Virus record (IMG/VR): IMGVR_UViG_3300046453_000063
Location: 64,001-128,000 of that record
DNA from: a virus
Strand: one strand, 5' to 3'
Length of the DNA stretch: 64,000 nucleotides
The translations under genes were made by a program, and so were the position numbers. A model generated the notes under the pieces. It did not search any database. It saw only the letters and a program-made list of their open reading frames with translations, and was not told the origin of the DNA. Shown piece by piece: positions 61,995 through 64,000 of this stretch. How positions within the stretch are numbered: position 1 is the first letter of the stretch; each line of letters starts with the position of its first letter.

Positions 61995-62654
61995 ATGTCA
62001 TACATATGCTCAGTTTGTGGAAAGTCGGTTACTCCAGCAGCTCACCAATATTGTATTAGTAATCAATATCCAGTAATGTGCCATAAACACCAACAAGAAT
62101 ATGGTTTAAATGCTTATCATGTTGCTTCTGACTTGGAAATTCAGATCAATAAAGAAGAGGCAGAGAAAGAAGCTGCTGAACGTCAAACAAGAGAAGTAAA
62201 CAGATTAAAAAACGTCATCGCAAATATTGAATACTTTGTAAATAAAATCATCGTCAATAAAGAATACGGTTACGCGAAGTCATTGTTTCGAGAAATTGAA
62301 CTGGCAAAGAAAAACAACCTAATCACAGTTGAACAATATAATAAATATATTGAAATATATTATAAAAATAAAGACAAGAAACCATTAACTCAGAAGCAAA
62401 AATCAACATTTTGGAAAGAGATAATTGTCAAAATTGAAGCAATAATAAATGAAAATGTTAAAACAAATAAGATTGAATCTGATTTCGCAAAAGAAGATGT
62501 TTATAGTCAAATGAACGATCTGATCGATGAGTATCAATTCATTGAAACAAACAGAGAAGAATACTTATATGTTTACCTGAAGAAATTGCAAGAAATAACT
62601 GAATCATATTATTATGAAGATGCTGAAGAAATCAAATTCGGATTTAAAATGTAG
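61995..62654 (+). CDS. Hypothetical protein with N-terminal zinc finger
   Basis: CSVCG...YC...MCHKHQ; AGGAGG SD; own promoter and terminator (62655-62680). Confidence 0.65.
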   Translation: MSYICSVCGKSVTPAAHQYCISNQYPVMCHKHQQEYGLNAYHVASDLEIQINKEEAEKEAAERQTREVNRLKNVIANIEYFVNKIIVNKEYGYAKSLFREIELAKKNNLITVEQYNKYIEIYYKNKDKKPLTQKQKSTFWKEIIVKIEAIINENVKTNKIESDFAKEDVYSQMNDLIDEYQFIETNREEYLYVYLKKLQEITESYYYEDAEEIKFGFKM

Positions 62655-62771
62655 AGAATCCTTAACAGGGTTCTTTTTTTATTTGCTCGTTTCTCATTTA
62701 AAAAGTAAATATATATTTACAAATCACATCGTCTATGCTAAAATTATAACTATCAAGAGGAGGTGAATCCA

Positions 62772-63095
62772 TTGCCAAACTTAGCAACAGCATTCAATCA
62801 ATCACAACCAACGCCAATATCACAGCAGCAATCTTTATCTATCATTTCATCACTCACCAAACAATCGGCTTACACCTATTCTTCACACGCTCTAGAACGC
62901 CTTAATCAGTCTGACAGATGCTTCACTGTTGAACGTATGTTATTCATCCTAAAGTTCCCCAAAGCGGTCTCTGAGCCTGTCTACGATGCTAAATATAATG
63001 AATATCGCTATTGTGTGAAGGGTTTCAACAAACGCCATGTTGTAGTGGCCCTGAACGCTTCTAACACGGCAATGGTCATAATCACCGTCTATTGA
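62772..63095 (+). CDS. DUF4258-like (RelE-related fold) protein
   Basis: YSSHALERL...RYCVKG...VVVAL...IITVY; likely TTG start behind GGAGGTG. Confidence 0.55.
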   Translation: MPNLATAFNQSQPTPISQQQSLSIISSLTKQSAYTYSSHALERLNQSDRCFTVERMLFILKFPKAVSEPVYDAKYNEYRYCVKGFNKRHVVVALNASNTAMVIITVY

Positions 63096-63193
63096 ACCTC
63101 TTACAGTGTTACGGTCTTTCCTAGAGCCTCACAGAGCGTTATAATTGATTTTAATACATAGTTACCAATACATTTTACATAGGAGTGTCTACA

Positions 63194-63424
63194 ATGACCA
63201 ATAACCAGTACATAACCGATATGATTCTAAATACATTTAAATCTAATAATAAACTGGATCAATTCAAGCACTTCTATAATTTGTCTCATGAGGATCTGAC
63301 TGGAGTTGCTGAAGCTTATAAGCACGGAGCAATGTCAGAAGAAGAAATGCAGGAACAGGTTAAAGTGTTTATGAATGAGTATACTTATAATTTGATCGGG
63401 TTGATGAGTGGAAAAGGGGAATGA
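63194..63424 (+). CDS. Hypothetical protein
   Basis: ATG (MTNNQ) behind AGGAG. Confidence 0.55.
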   Translation: MTNNQYITDMILNTFKSNNKLDQFKHFYNLSHEDLTGVAEAYKHGAMSEEEMQEQVKVFMNEYTYNLIGLMSGKGE

Positions 63425-63566
63425 GTACATAAAATGGAGTGTGTGATTTAATAAATAAATATAAGGTAAAAAATTAAAAAGTATTGACGATAACGAAAAA
63501 TGATGCTATTATATAAATATAAATAAATGAAATTTATAGCCGCAGGGCTTTAACCTTGGGGGTCGC

Positions 63567-63758
63567 ATGACATATACATATTTTAAATACGAAATCAAGG
63601 TTAATGGTGAAACGGTGCGCAATAATATAAAAGTATCTGCAACAATATTTGCAAAAGAAGATGCTTTAGAACTTTTAAAAGGAAATTTTGGTAGAGATAT
63701 TGAAATCATTACTCTGAAAAGAACTACAATGAAAAATTATAAGAATGGACAATTTTAA
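63567..63758 (+). CDS. Hypothetical protein
   Basis: 63 aa after TTGACG-17-TATTAT promoter. Confidence 0.55.
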   Translation: MTYTYFKYEIKVNGETVRNNIKVSATIFAKEDALELLKGNFGRDIEIITLKRTTMKNYKNGQF

Positions 63759-63759
63759 T

Positions 63760-63924
63760 ATGATAAAGGAGATTGAAGTAGGACACACAGTAGAAGCTTT
63801 TGTTAATGATAAATTAATTACAGGAAAAGTGTTTCATAAAGGATTTGATGTATTAACAATACGAACAGAAAATGTGAGAATCAGAATAGAGATTACCCCA
63901 AAAACAAAAATTAGAAGGGTTTAA
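63760..63924 (+). CDS. Small SH3-like hypothetical protein, 54 aa
   Basis: MIKEIEVGHTVEAFVNDKLITGKVFHKGFDVLTIRTENVRIRIEITPKTKIRRV, starts right after the previous stop. Confidence 0.5.
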   Translation: MIKEIEVGHTVEAFVNDKLITGKVFHKGFDVLTIRTENVRIRIEITPKTKIRRV

Positions 63925-63940
63925 TTTTCTTATGTTAATC

Positions 63941-63962
63941 TCATGAAATACTTGTTTTATCA
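63941..63962. repeat. Third 8-6-8 core site
   Basis: TCATGAAA-tacttg-TTTTATCA, 16 bp after a stop codon. Confidence 0.6.
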
Positions 63963-64000
63963 AGTTTTTTATGTATAAATATTCATGATAGTATGTATAA

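Noticed and set aside
50400-64000. Arbitrium (aimR/aimP) system expected in SPbeta-like phages
   Set aside because: No TPR regulator or pro-peptide gene recognisable in this window; may lie outside it

Overview
The whole 64 kb window is phage DNA: a large SPbeta-like temperate siphophage or prophage of a Bacillota host, most likely Paenibacillus (based on a copper-amine-oxidase-N 'stalk' domain moron). No host flank or att site is visible. About 1-50.3 kb is one long minus-strand late region with SPbeta-like gene order: YonO-type RNA polymerase, HU, PIN-PhoH, YonK-like protein, phosphoesterase, terminase, portal, protease/scaffold, capsid, head-tail connectors, tail tube, chaperones, YomM-like tyrosine recombinase, tape measure with NlpC/P60, Dit, Tal, beta-helix tail spike, holin/endolysin and an SGNH protein. 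From 50.5 kb the + strand carries a YopP-like recombinase-fold protein, RecD2, a replication initiator followed by 22-bp-period iterons, a 1.7 kb non-coding region with an abrupt G/C skew flip, and many short early genes, each with a sigma-A promoter abutted by a shared AT-rich box. Most notable: (1) three cytoplasmic glycosyltransferases inserted just downstream of the major tail protein gene (candidate virion glycosylation system); (2) composite 8-6-8 tyrosine-recombinase-type sites with different spacers bracketing the whole tail-tip/host-range module next to the YomM-like recombinase (candidate module-exchange system); (3) probable ATT start codons on the RNA polymerase and two other late genes; (4) a tRNA-like ncRNA. 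Family assignments come from motif reading and recalled sequences, not database searches.
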